DNA of 64,000 bases from Tenericutes bacterium ADurb.Bin087. Lineage in GTDB: Bacteria; Bacillota_I; Bacilli_A; RFN20; CAG-826. Below, one piece after another: positions 48,101 to 56,657 of this stretch (the first letter of the stretch is position 1; every line of letters begins with the position of its first letter). The notes under the pieces were generated by a model. The model saw nothing but the letters and a program-made list of their open reading frames with translations, did not search any database and was not told the DNA's origin. The stretch covers positions 9,297 to 73,296 of the forward strand of contig MWEF01000002.1 of the NCBI GenBank assembly GCA_002070905.1, written 5' to 3'. Made by a program: the position numbers and the translations under genes.

Positions 48101-48115
48101 TTGTATATTATACAA
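48101..48115. promoter_or_regulatory. perfect 15-bp palindrome (7-1-7) TTGTATATTATACAA in the ezrA/feoAB divergent intergenic region
   Basis: Read directly from the sequence. It has the 7-1-7 architecture of Fur-family boxes. It lies 9 bp upstream of the ezrA start and about 136 bp upstream of feoA. Confidence 0.4.
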
Positions 48116-48250
48116 TGTTTGAAAATGTTTTCATACGTTAACATATGTAAATTATGTTAAATGCTTGAAAATATACCCTTATTAATGTATATTTTGAGTG
48201 TGATTATACTATGTATAACCACTAGAAGGGATTATTCTCGCGTGAGTGAT

Positions 48251-48484
48251 ATGCAAACATTAGATATGCTTAAAATTGGGCAACGTGCTCGTGTTTTACG
48301 CATTAATGATGATAACCCCGCTTTAAAGCAACGGCTTTTAGATATGGGGATTACGACAGGTGTCATTGTGCGCATTGATAAAATTTCGCCACTTGGTGAC
48401 CCCTTCTGTTTGGAATTACGCAATTATCGCTTACTCGTGCGCCGCGCTGATGTAAGTGCGGTCGAAATTGAGGTCCTGCCATGA
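48251..48484 (+). CDS. feoA: ferrous iron transport protein FeoA
   Basis: The internal start MQTLDMLKIGQRARVLRIND gives about 77 aa, a FeoA SH3-like domain. The track ORF's extra 30 N-terminal codons are hydrophobic read-through. Confidence 0.75.
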   Translation: MQTLDMLKIGQRARVLRINDDNPALKQRLLDMGITTGVIVRIDKISPLGDPFCLELRNYRLLVRRADVSAVEIEVLP

Positions 48485-50451
48485 AAATAGCATTAATCGG
48501 CAATCAAAATAGTGGTAAAACTTCACTCTTTAACTTATTAACTGGCAATAATCAAAAAGTTGGGAATTGGCCAGGTGTTACCCTTGAACGCAAAACAGGT
48601 ATTTTACGCACTTCTACTGCGGAAGTTATTGATCTCCCAGGCATTTATAGTCTTTCACCATATAGTAATGAAGAAAATATTGTCCGGCGCTTTTTGCTTG
48701 AGGAAAAAGTTGACTTAATCATTAATATCATCGATAGTACGGCACTAGAAAGAAGCCTCTACCTAACAACCCAACTTTATAGTTTTAATATCCCGATGAT
48801 TATTGCACTAAATATGACAGACTTAGCATTTGAGCAGGGGTTACGAATCGATGTTGAACGCTTAAGCACAATGCTTAATGTCCCGATTATTCCTATCTCG
48901 TGCTTAAAACGAACGGGTATCAAAGAGTTAATTATGTTAATTACGAAAGATACACCGACTATCACTAATTTTCCGAGTCTATACTCACAGCCACTGCAAG
49001 AGACGATTAGGAAAGTCGCCGAACTTTTACCGATTGACGCTAAAGAATTTTTGGCGATTAAACTTTTAGAAGCTGATGTCGAATTAAGTACTAAAGTTGA
49101 TCTTGATGTTAATGAATCAATCAGTCAATTAAAAGCACATTACAAACTCGGAGTAAGTGAAATTTTAGCGAATGAACGCTATAATTTTATTGAAAAAATC
49201 CGTGATGAAGCAGTGTCGAGTCGCGAAAAACCAAAACTATTAACCGATAAAATTGATCGTATTTTACTCAATAAATATTTAGCAATTCCAATCTTCGTTT
49301 TAATTATGCTCCTTGTTTATTTTTTAGCAGCGGGGCCCGTTGGGATGTTCCTTTCATCGCTAGTTGAGCGGGGTTTTGCCGCGTTAAATGATGCATTGGC
49401 GAATTTTCTAGTTAATGTTGGTGCTTCACCATGGGCCGTTAGTTTAGTCGTTGATGGCATTTTAACTGGTGTCACTTCGATTCTTAGTTTTGTTCCGCAA
49501 CTACTGATTTTATTCTTTATGACGGATATTTTAGAAGCAAGCGGCTATATGTCACGGATTGCCTTCTTCTTTGATCGCATCTTCCGCAAAGTTGGACTTT
49601 CTGGTAAGGCACTTATCCCCTTTATTATTGGCACGGGTTGTAGTGTCCCCGCCATTATGGCAAGTCGCGTAATTGAAGATGAACGGGAGCGAAAGTTAAC
49701 CGTATTGCTTACACCCTTTATTCCATGTGGCGCAAAATTACCGATTATTACCCTTTTTGCTGCCTACTTCTTCCCTGACACAACGGGGTTAGTTAGTGCT
49801 TCATTATATTTCTTGGCCATTATCATTATTTTATTAACTGCATTTGTGTTAAAACGCGTTTTTTATAAACAAAAATACTCGCCATTTATTCAAGAATTAC
49901 CGACTTATAAAGCACCTAATATGCGCTATGTATTACGTGACACTGGGCATAAAACATGGTCTTTTATTACAAATGCTGGCTCCGTTATTTTATTTGCGTC
50001 CGTGATCCTTTGGTTCTTACTTAGTTTTAACTGGAAATTACAATATGGAGTCGCTGTTGATAAGAGTATTTTAAGTGATGTTGGACGGCTCTTCTCTTTT
50101 ATCTTCTATCCATTTTTAGGCACAAATAGTTGGGCGGCAGCCGTCAGTATTATTCAAGGCTTAGTCGCCAAAGAACAAGTTGTGTCTTCACTTTCAATTA
50201 TCGCTAAACTTAGTGGCGGCGATTCAATTTTCAATAGCCCGCTTTTTGCCTTTTTCACCCCTGCTTCTGCTTATGCCTTTATGGCCTTTAACTTATTTAG
50301 TGCTCCGTGTTTTGGCGCAATTGGGGCGATGTATCAAGAATTTGGCAATCGGCGCACGATGATTAAGGCTTTACTGCTCCAAACGATTGCTGCACTGCTT
50401 ATTGCGACTTTAATCTTCCAATTAGGAACGCTTGTGGAGGGTCTTTTATGA
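48481..50451 (+). CDS. feoB: ferrous iron transporter FeoB
   Basis: 656 aa; N-terminal G domain (IALIGNQNSGKTSLFN) plus a polytopic membrane domain. It ends in TGA. Confidence 0.9.
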   Translation: MKIALIGNQNSGKTSLFNLLTGNNQKVGNWPGVTLERKTGILRTSTAEVIDLPGIYSLSPYSNEENIVRRFLLEEKVDLIINIIDSTALERSLYLTTQLYSFNIPMIIALNMTDLAFEQGLRIDVERLSTMLNVPIIPISCLKRTGIKELIMLITKDTPTITNFPSLYSQPLQETIRKVAELLPIDAKEFLAIKLLEADVELSTKVDLDVNESISQLKAHYKLGVSEILANERYNFIEKIRDEAVSSREKPKLLTDKIDRILLNKYLAIPIFVLIMLLVYFLAAGPVGMFLSSLVERGFAALNDALANFLVNVGASPWAVSLVVDGILTGVTSILSFVPQLLILFFMTDILEASGYMSRIAFFFDRIFRKVGLSGKALIPFIIGTGCSVPAIMASRVIEDERERKLTVLLTPFIPCGAKLPIITLFAAYFFPDTTGLVSASLYFLAIIIILLTAFVLKRVFYKQKYSPFIQELPTYKAPNMRYVLRDTGHKTWSFITNAGSVILFASVILWFLLSFNWKLQYGVAVDKSILSDVGRLFSFIFYPFLGTNSWAAAVSIIQGLVAKEQVVSSLSIIAKLSGGDSIFNSPLFAFFTPASAYAFMAFNLFSAPCFGAIGAMYQEFGNRRTMIKALLLQTIAALLIATLIFQLGTLVEGLL

Positions 50452-50612
50452 GTGTCGCCGATATTATCATTATTATCGTTGTTGTTTTACTATTAGGCGG
50501 TATATTCTTCTATTTACTGCGCCGCAATAAAAAGTCATGTCATACGTGTAGTTACGCTAAAAGTTGTCAGGCTTATTGTCCCGTAATTAAAGAAACGGAT
50601 GAGAAAAAATAG
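50448..50612 (+). CDS. FeoB-associated Cys-rich small membrane protein (54 aa; below the ORF-track size cutoff)
   Basis: Manual translation gives MSVADIIIIIVVVLLLGGIFFYLLRRNKKSCHTCSYAKSCQAYCPVIKETDEKK: one TM helix plus a CxxC..C..C cluster. The ATG overlaps the feoB TGA (ATGA). A weak hairpin ACTCCTTttcaAAGGAGT follows. Confidence 0.6.
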   Translation: MSVADIIIIIVVVLLLGGIFFYLLRRNKKSCHTCSYAKSCQAYCPVIKETDEKK

Positions 50613-50649
50613 CGTCCACTCCTTTTCAAGGAGTTTAATATGTTTTACG

Positions 50650-50843
50650 TTGACATAAATCATAATTTAAGTTATTATAACAAAGCATGTAAGCAGCATG
50701 TAAACACCGTTTGTCTAATGATGATTAAGGAATACTCATCGTAGTAACCAAAGCTATACGGCGAACCGAATAAAATCATCATCCAGAAACGAGGGGTTTG
50801 CACCTTTTGTTTGCCTGCAAGTAAAGAAAAGGAGGAAAAACAC
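50650..50843 (+). promoter_or_regulatory. rpsD promoter and structured 5' leader (candidate S4 autoregulatory site)
   Basis: TTGACA (50650-50655), a 17-bp spacer and TATTAT (50673-50678). A roughly 165-nt leader contains repeated GCATGTAA elements before RBS AAAGGAGGA. Confidence 0.5.
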
Positions 50844-51452
50844 ATGAGAGATACTGGTTCAGTTTGGAAAAAGTCTCGGCGGCTAAGTTATTCAATTTTA
50901 GAGACTGGCGAAGAATTAAGAAAACGTCCGTATGGTCCTGGTCAACACGGCAACAACCGTCGTCGTAAAGTCAGCGAATACGGTAAACAATTAATGGAAA
51001 AACAAAAATTACGCCTTACATATGGTGTAAATGAACGCCAATTTAAACGACTTTTCCTATTAGCAAAAAAGAATAAAGATGTCGTCACTGGTTTAGCGTT
51101 TATTCAAATTCTCGAATCACGCCTTGATAACTTAGTGTTCCGTCTTGGACTTGCCAATACACGTAGTCAAGCTCGTCAACTCGTCAGCCACGGCCACATT
51201 GAAGTCGATGGTCAAAAAGTTGATATCCCAAGCTTCTTAGTCCCCGTTGGCAGTACCATCAGCGTGCGCGAAAATAGTCAAGATCTTAAACTCTTCAAGT
51301 TCAACCTTGATAAAGTTGGGCGGACCGTCCCATTTGTGACACTTAATGCTGAAAAATTTAGTGGTCGCTTCGACAGGTTACCAGAACGCACTGAAGTTGC
51401 CCAAGACATCCAAGAAAACTTAATCATTGAATTCTATAACCGTTCAATGTAA
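50844..51452 (+). CDS. rpsD: 30S ribosomal protein S4
   Basis: The start MRDTGSVWKKSRRLSYSIL is internal to the track ORF, with a good RBS. C-terminal S4 RNA-binding domain. Confidence 0.9.
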   Translation: MRDTGSVWKKSRRLSYSILETGEELRKRPYGPGQHGNNRRRKVSEYGKQLMEKQKLRLTYGVNERQFKRLFLLAKKNKDVVTGLAFIQILESRLDNLVFRLGLANTRSQARQLVSHGHIEVDGQKVDIPSFLVPVGSTISVRENSQDLKLFKFNLDKVGRTVPFVTLNAEKFSGRFDRLPERTEVAQDIQENLIIEFYNRSM

Positions 51453-51469
51453 TTGGGAAGTAACAAATT

Positions 51470-51498
51470 AAAAACTCCGCATAACAGCGGAGTTTTTC
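51470..51498. terminator. bidirectional terminator between convergent rpsD and tyrS
   Basis: AAAAACTCCGC-ataaca-GCGGAGTTTTT: a perfect 6-bp GC-rich stem flanked by A- and T-runs. Confidence 0.65.
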
Positions 51499-51516
51499 TT
51501 CATCTTTTTACTATAA

Positions 51517-52767
51517 TTATTTAACTTCCGCAACGAAGTAATTTTTCTTTCCGCGACGTATAATTAAGTACTTATTATGTAATAAATAATCATTCGTCAA
51601 AATTAAATCGGGATCAGTTAACCGTTCACCATTAACACTGATACTGTTGCCACGAATAAATTCACGTGCTTCACGTTTGCTCGTCGCCGCTTTAATGGCA
51701 ATTAGGACATCTTCTAATTTTAAAAGTGGCGCTACTTCGACAAGTGTTTGGCTAAATAAATCGATAATATCTTCAGCGCTTAACTCTTTAACATCACCAC
51801 TAAAAAGGGCGGCACTCATTTCACGGGCGTGGTCTAAGGCTTCCTTGCTATGGACAAGCGCCACAATTTCTTCAGCGAGTCTAGTTTGCGCAAGTCGGCG
51901 ATGCGGTGCATCATAATGTTCTTTCATAATCGCTTCAATTTCCGCCTTTGCTAAAAATGTGAACACCTTTAAATACTTATCCGCATCAGCGTCACTTACA
52001 TTATAAAAATATTGATATAGCTTATATGCACTAAATTTCTTGGGGTCAAGGAAAAGGGCGCCTTCAACACTTTTACCAAACTTATTCCCTTCAGCGTCCG
52101 TTAATAAATGCGCTGTCATAACTTCAACTTTAGTGTCTGCCCCTTTTACTTTACGGATAAGGTCAAGTCCGCTGATTAAGTTGCCCCATTGGTCACTGCC
52201 ACCAATTTGCATCGTACAGCCGTAATGCTCATAGAGATGCAAAAAGTCCACCGCTTGTAAAAGCATATAACTAAATTCGGCATAACTTATCCCCGTTTCA
52301 AGGCGACGCGCCACGGTGTCTTTCGCTAACATATAGTTAATCGTAAAATACTTTCCGTAATCACGTAAAAATTCTAAAACATTTAGCTTACCGTGCCAAT
52401 CATAGTTATTGACAATTTCTCCCTTACGCGGGTCACTTAAATCAAGATATTTCGCTAATTGACTACGAATTTGTTCTGTATTATGCGCTAAAGCATGTTT
52501 ATCAAGTAAATTGCGCTCAGCACTTTTACCACTAGGATCACCAATCATTCCGGTTGCACCACCGACCACAGCAATAATTTTATGACCCGCTTTTTGTAAC
52601 CGCATTAGTGTCATAATCATCACAAAATTACCCATATGCATACTCGCGGCACTTGGGTCAAATCCACAATAAATCGTCTGCGGGGTTTTGAGCATTTCTT
52701 TTATATTTTCTTCGTTCGAATAATCTTTAATCAAGCCGCGATACTGTAATTCATCAAATAAATTCAT
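51517..52767 (-). CDS. tyrS: tyrosyl-tRNA synthetase
   Basis: 416 aa; the HIGH region appears as HMGN, a KFGKS (KMSKS) motif is present, and there is a C-terminal S4-like domain. There is no upstream leader; the gene starts 11 nt after the LacI-family gene stop. Confidence 0.85.
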   Translation of the reverse strand: MNLFDELQYRGLIKDYSNEENIKEMLKTPQTIYCGFDPSAASMHMGNFVMIMTLMRLQKAGHKIIAVVGGATGMIGDPSGKSAERNLLDKHALAHNTEQIRSQLAKYLDLSDPRKGEIVNNYDWHGKLNVLEFLRDYGKYFTINYMLAKDTVARRLETGISYAEFSYMLLQAVDFLHLYEHYGCTMQIGGSDQWGNLISGLDLIRKVKGADTKVEVMTAHLLTDAEGNKFGKSVEGALFLDPKKFSAYKLYQYFYNVSDADADKYLKVFTFLAKAEIEAIMKEHYDAPHRRLAQTRLAEEIVALVHSKEALDHAREMSAALFSGDVKELSAEDIIDLFSQTLVEVAPLLKLEDVLIAIKAATSKREAREFIRGNSISVNGERLTDPDLILTNDYLLHNKYLIIRRGKKNYFVAEVK

Positions 52768-52778
52768 AATTAACCTTT

Positions 52779-53783
52779 CTAGCGTGTTGTGTCGAGTTTA
52801 ATGTATTCGGCGACAACTTTTTGCCGCGGTAAGTGTGTCTTACCTTCTAATATTTCAATAAGCATTTCGAGTGCCTTATTGCCGACTTCTTCCATATCAA
52901 GAATCATACTTGATAATTTGGGCCGCCCTTGTTCCGCATAACGTGTGCCAATTAGACTAATAACTTGAACGTCTTCAGGAATACGCAAGCCACTTTCCGT
53001 CGCCGCATTAGTAATCGCGCGACCTAGTGAATCGCGATACGCCACAAAGAAACCTTGGCGTGTTGTTTTAAATAGTTCTTTAAAGTATTTATAATGGCCA
53101 TGATAACCATCTTTAACCGTATGTACTATATAATTGCGTCCTTCCTCGTGATGGGTTGTAATAAAACTTCGTTTGAGTCGTTCTAGAAGGCGCCCATTAT
53201 TAGGGAGCTCCACAAAATGCATTAAGACATCACTTGTGCGCAGGTGATGGCGAATTATTTCTTCGCGTAATGTATTTTCATAACCAAATGTGATACAGGC
53301 AACTTTTTCGTCTTCATCAAGCCGGTTATTGACAACGACGACTGGTACTTGATAATTCGTAATTTTAGTAACTTCCTCTTCTTCAAATAAATCATCAAAA
53401 ATAATCGCGCCATCAACGTGTGACGTAATTAATTTATCCATTGCTTCAAGGGCATCTTCTTTCTTTGAACCAGTGACAAATAAAGTAATTAAATATCCTA
53501 AACTATTAGCGCGCATGACAATGCCATGAAGCATATTCGAAATAAAAACGTAATTAGCGCTCGGGATAATTAAACCAATATTCGTTGTTTTACTAGTGGC
53601 TAGTGCTTGCGCTAACGCACTTGGACGATAACCAAGACGTGTAATCGCATTTTGGACTTTAGCGCGTGTCGCGGGTGTGACATTCGGATGATTATTAATA
53701 ACGCGTGACACAGTCGCTAAACTAACGCCTGCTGCGGCGGCTACTTCGTAGATTGTTACTCGATCTTTAAATGTATCACTCAT
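52779..53783 (-). CDS. LacI-family transcriptional regulator (CcpA-like)
   Basis: 334 aa, the same length as B. subtilis CcpA. N-terminal HTH VTIYEVAAAAGVSLATVSRVINNHPNVTPATRAKV and a periplasmic-binding-protein-like core. Confidence 0.7.
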   Translation of the reverse strand: MSDTFKDRVTIYEVAAAAGVSLATVSRVINNHPNVTPATRAKVQNAITRLGYRPSALAQALATSKTTNIGLIIPSANYVFISNMLHGIVMRANSLGYLITLFVTGSKKEDALEAMDKLITSHVDGAIIFDDLFEEEEVTKITNYQVPVVVVNNRLDEDEKVACITFGYENTLREEIIRHHLRTSDVLMHFVELPNNGRLLERLKRSFITTHHEEGRNYIVHTVKDGYHGHYKYFKELFKTTRQGFFVAYRDSLGRAITNAATESGLRIPEDVQVISLIGTRYAEQGRPKLSSMILDMEEVGNKALEMLIEILEGKTHLPRQKVVAEYIKLDTTR

Positions 53784-53852
53784 ATTTAAAAGCCTTCTTT
53801 CATAACAATTTTACTTGAAAATATTTTCATTGTCAATTTAGAGCGTAAGGGC

Positions 53853-54953
53853 TTACACGCGCGGTTTTAAAGTGACTTTTTCGAGTTTATCACTGAAGTA
53901 TTCCTGGCGACCAACTTTAGCTTCTGGTTTACCGTTTACAGCAACGACATCACCCGTAAAGCCAACCTCTTTAGCGTTCACAATATGGGAGCCAACACCG
54001 TAGAGATTAACAGGCGCATTCTTTGACTTAAAATATCTAATCTTTTCTGGATTAAAGCCTGAACTTACAACAATATTTACATAATGAAAGCCTTCTTTAT
54101 CAAGGGCATCACGGACCGCAAACACGAGTTCAGGACTAACACCTTTTAAGTTTTGATCATTTAACCCAGCACGGACAAAATATTCATCAAGTAAAGCTTT
54201 TGAATTATCTAGGCGAACAGAACCAAGTTTTGGGCCAAAATGGCGCGCCACCTCTAAAGCTTGCGTCACAGTGTCATTGTGATAATCAACAAGTGCACTA
54301 ATTTTTTCATTGGGAAATGTTTGATGATAAATTTCACAGGCCTTAATTAAATCACCATTTGTCATCGCAATTAACGCATGCGGCATCGTACCCATGCCTT
54401 TAATCCCAACCCACGCGCCTTGGGCATCGGTTGAAAACTTTTTAATGCCCGCAATATAACTAGCGTACCCATCACCCGCCTGTGTTAAATAATCATCTTG
54501 GCGATCGGCCATACTAAATACTTCGGTCGGATAAGCAGCGCGCAACACCTCATAGCTATTGGTGGCCGCATTTGTGCGTCTTGTTAAAATGCCATCAATA
54601 AGACTTTCAAGAAAGCCAAAATCTTTATAGAGTCCGGTAATTTTAAGCACTGGTTCATTCGCATTTACAATATCCCCGTCGTAACACGCTTCAATTTTTA
54701 ATTGTTCGGGCTTTTTCGCAAATTCTTGCAGGAGCGCAATCGCTTCATCAACGCCACACACCATCACATCATCACGGCGTTGAAAAAATTGCATCGTTAC
54801 AACTGTGTCCGCTAAATGATGTTCAGCAATTTTCATTGTCTTGACAAAATAATTTGCGGTATAAAAATGCTCACGAATTGCTTTAGGAAACTTAAATGTT
54901 TTATTTGTTAAGCGAAACTTTCGATCTTTATTTTTCTTTTCAATTTCGGTCAT
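53853..54953 (-). CDS. nicotinate phosphoribosyltransferase-family protein (short type)
   Basis: 366 aa; GSVRLDNS and C-terminal SSGFNPEKI resemble NAPRTase-family motifs. The call is tentative. Confidence 0.45.
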   Translation of the reverse strand: MTEIEKKNKDRKFRLTNKTFKFPKAIREHFYTANYFVKTMKIAEHHLADTVVTMQFFQRRDDVMVCGVDEAIALLQEFAKKPEQLKIEACYDGDIVNANEPVLKITGLYKDFGFLESLIDGILTRRTNAATNSYEVLRAAYPTEVFSMADRQDDYLTQAGDGYASYIAGIKKFSTDAQGAWVGIKGMGTMPHALIAMTNGDLIKACEIYHQTFPNEKISALVDYHNDTVTQALEVARHFGPKLGSVRLDNSKALLDEYFVRAGLNDQNLKGVSPELVFAVRDALDKEGFHYVNIVVSSGFNPEKIRYFKSKNAPVNLYGVGSHIVNAKEVGFTGDVVAVNGKPEAKVGRQEYFSDKLEKVTLKPRV

Positions 54954-54957
54954 GTTA

Positions 54958-56028
54958 CTATCTCCTTGCTGCTTTAAATTTATTAATCTTATCGCGATTT
55001 AATGTCTTTAACATGCGAATTAATACTTTTTTAGCATTTTTTATATCACTCGTATCGACAATACTTGCCGCGGTATGAATCGAGCGCGCACAGATACAAT
55101 GTGTTAATGTTAAAACACCTGCGGCATGTAAGTGAATCGCCCCTGCATCGGTCCCACCTGGACTATGGAAATATTGATACGGAACTTTAACTGCCTCCGC
55201 ACTTTTTTCTTGGAAAGTTAATAATTCAGGAAAAGCAATCATTGAGCGATCAAGATAACGAATCAAGATTCCATCACCGAGTTGGCCTTGTTCACTACTA
55301 CTAATATTGTCGCGCGCGGGCGAGCAATCTAACACAATCGCGAGGTCAGGGTTAATGACATTACTGATTGTTGTCGCACCACGTAACCCAACTTCTTCTT
55401 GCACGGTCGCACCAATATAGAGATCATATGGTAAATCGATATTAGCGAAATGGCGAGCCATCTCTAAAGCCATAAACACCCCATACCGATTATCAAATGC
55501 TTTCGCTAAAAGTCTTTTGCCATCGTTTAACACCGTAAAAGGACCATCAGCCACAATCATTTGGCCAACACGGACACCGCGCTTTGCGGCATCTTCTTTG
55601 CTGATAAAACCAAAATCAAAATCTAAAGTGTCAAGCGTCGGATTACCTTCACCACCATAATGTGGGGCAGTTGCCCCGACACTACCAATTAATTTAGTGC
55701 CATCATCCAGTGTTAAACGTACGCGACTTGCTAAGAGTGTATTAGCGTTAACTCCGCCGCGCGCGTCAACCCGAATAAAACCTTTTTCATTCACTTCTCG
55801 GACGGTAAAGCCGACTTCATCTAAATGCCCACCCACCATAATACGAGGAGCATTTTGTGCCACGCTTTTTTTAACACCGAAGACGGAACCAAGATTATCG
55901 GAAACAATCGTAAAACCATACTTTTCTAATTCCGCTTTAACAAATCGCGCAAGCTCATGTTCATAGCCTGGAATCGCATCAATCTGTGTGACTTTTTCTA
56001 ATAATTTTAATTCGCGTTTTGTTAACAT
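54958..56028 (-). CDS. M42-family aminopeptidase (second paralog)
   Basis: 356 aa; VGGHLDEVGF, AFDNRYGVFMAL, TVQEEVGLRGA and CICARSIHTAAS parallel the 13478..14563 paralog. Confidence 0.85.
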   Translation of the reverse strand: MLTKRELKLLEKVTQIDAIPGYEHELARFVKAELEKYGFTIVSDNLGSVFGVKKSVAQNAPRIMVGGHLDEVGFTVREVNEKGFIRVDARGGVNANTLLASRVRLTLDDGTKLIGSVGATAPHYGGEGNPTLDTLDFDFGFISKEDAAKRGVRVGQMIVADGPFTVLNDGKRLLAKAFDNRYGVFMALEMARHFANIDLPYDLYIGATVQEEVGLRGATTISNVINPDLAIVLDCSPARDNISSSEQGQLGDGILIRYLDRSMIAFPELLTFQEKSAEAVKVPYQYFHSPGGTDAGAIHLHAAGVLTLTHCICARSIHTAASIVDTSDIKNAKKVLIRMLKTLNRDKINKFKAARR

Positions 56029-56036
56029 ATTACTAC

Positions 56037-56657
56037 CTATTTCTTTCCAACAATCATTTTAATTTTAACACCTTTAGCGATGAACTTATTTTCATATTCC
56101 GTTTTCGTATCAAAAGCATAATCACCTTGATAGTCTTGATTAAATGTGAGCTCGGTAAATGGCAAACTATTTAATATTAAAAATGAATAGTTCGCAAAGT
56201 CATCATTATCGGTTTTAAAGATTAGTGTGCCCCCTTTTTTTAAGCGTTTATAATACTCATTCGCGAAGAGTGGAGACGTTAGTCGCCGTTTTTCATGGCG
56301 TTTTTTGGGCCACGGATCACTGTGATTCAAAATAATATAATCGAATAAATTTTCCTTTAACTCGGGCAATAAATATTTAACATCGCCCGTTATAATTAAA
56401 ACGTTTGTAAGGTTCGCAGTGGCTAACTTTTGGGCCGCAATACTTAGTACGCTCGCATTTAATTCAATGCCGATAAAAAAATAATCGGGATAAGACTGCG
56501 CCATCATTAAAAGATAGTCACCTTTCCCAACACCAATTTCAAGCACTAACGGACTTTTAATATGGGCAATTTGCGTTATCGTAAAATCATCAACATGAGC
56601 ATGAAAAGGAAGATTAGCGAGGTATTCAGTTGCCCCTTTTTTAAACTTTACCCTCAT
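56037..56657 (-). CDS. trmB: tRNA (guanine46-N7)-methyltransferase
   Basis: 206 aa; LEIGVGKGDYLLMMAQSYPDYFFIGIE and NHSDPWPKKRH are typical of TrmB. Confidence 0.8.
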   Translation of the reverse strand: MRVKFKKGATEYLANLPFHAHVDDFTITQIAHIKSPLVLEIGVGKGDYLLMMAQSYPDYFFIGIELNASVLSIAAQKLATANLTNVLIITGDVKYLLPELKENLFDYIILNHSDPWPKKRHEKRRLTSPLFANEYYKRLKKGGTLIFKTDNDDFANYSFLILNSLPFTELTFNQDYQGDYAFDTKTEYENKFIAKGVKIKMIVGKK

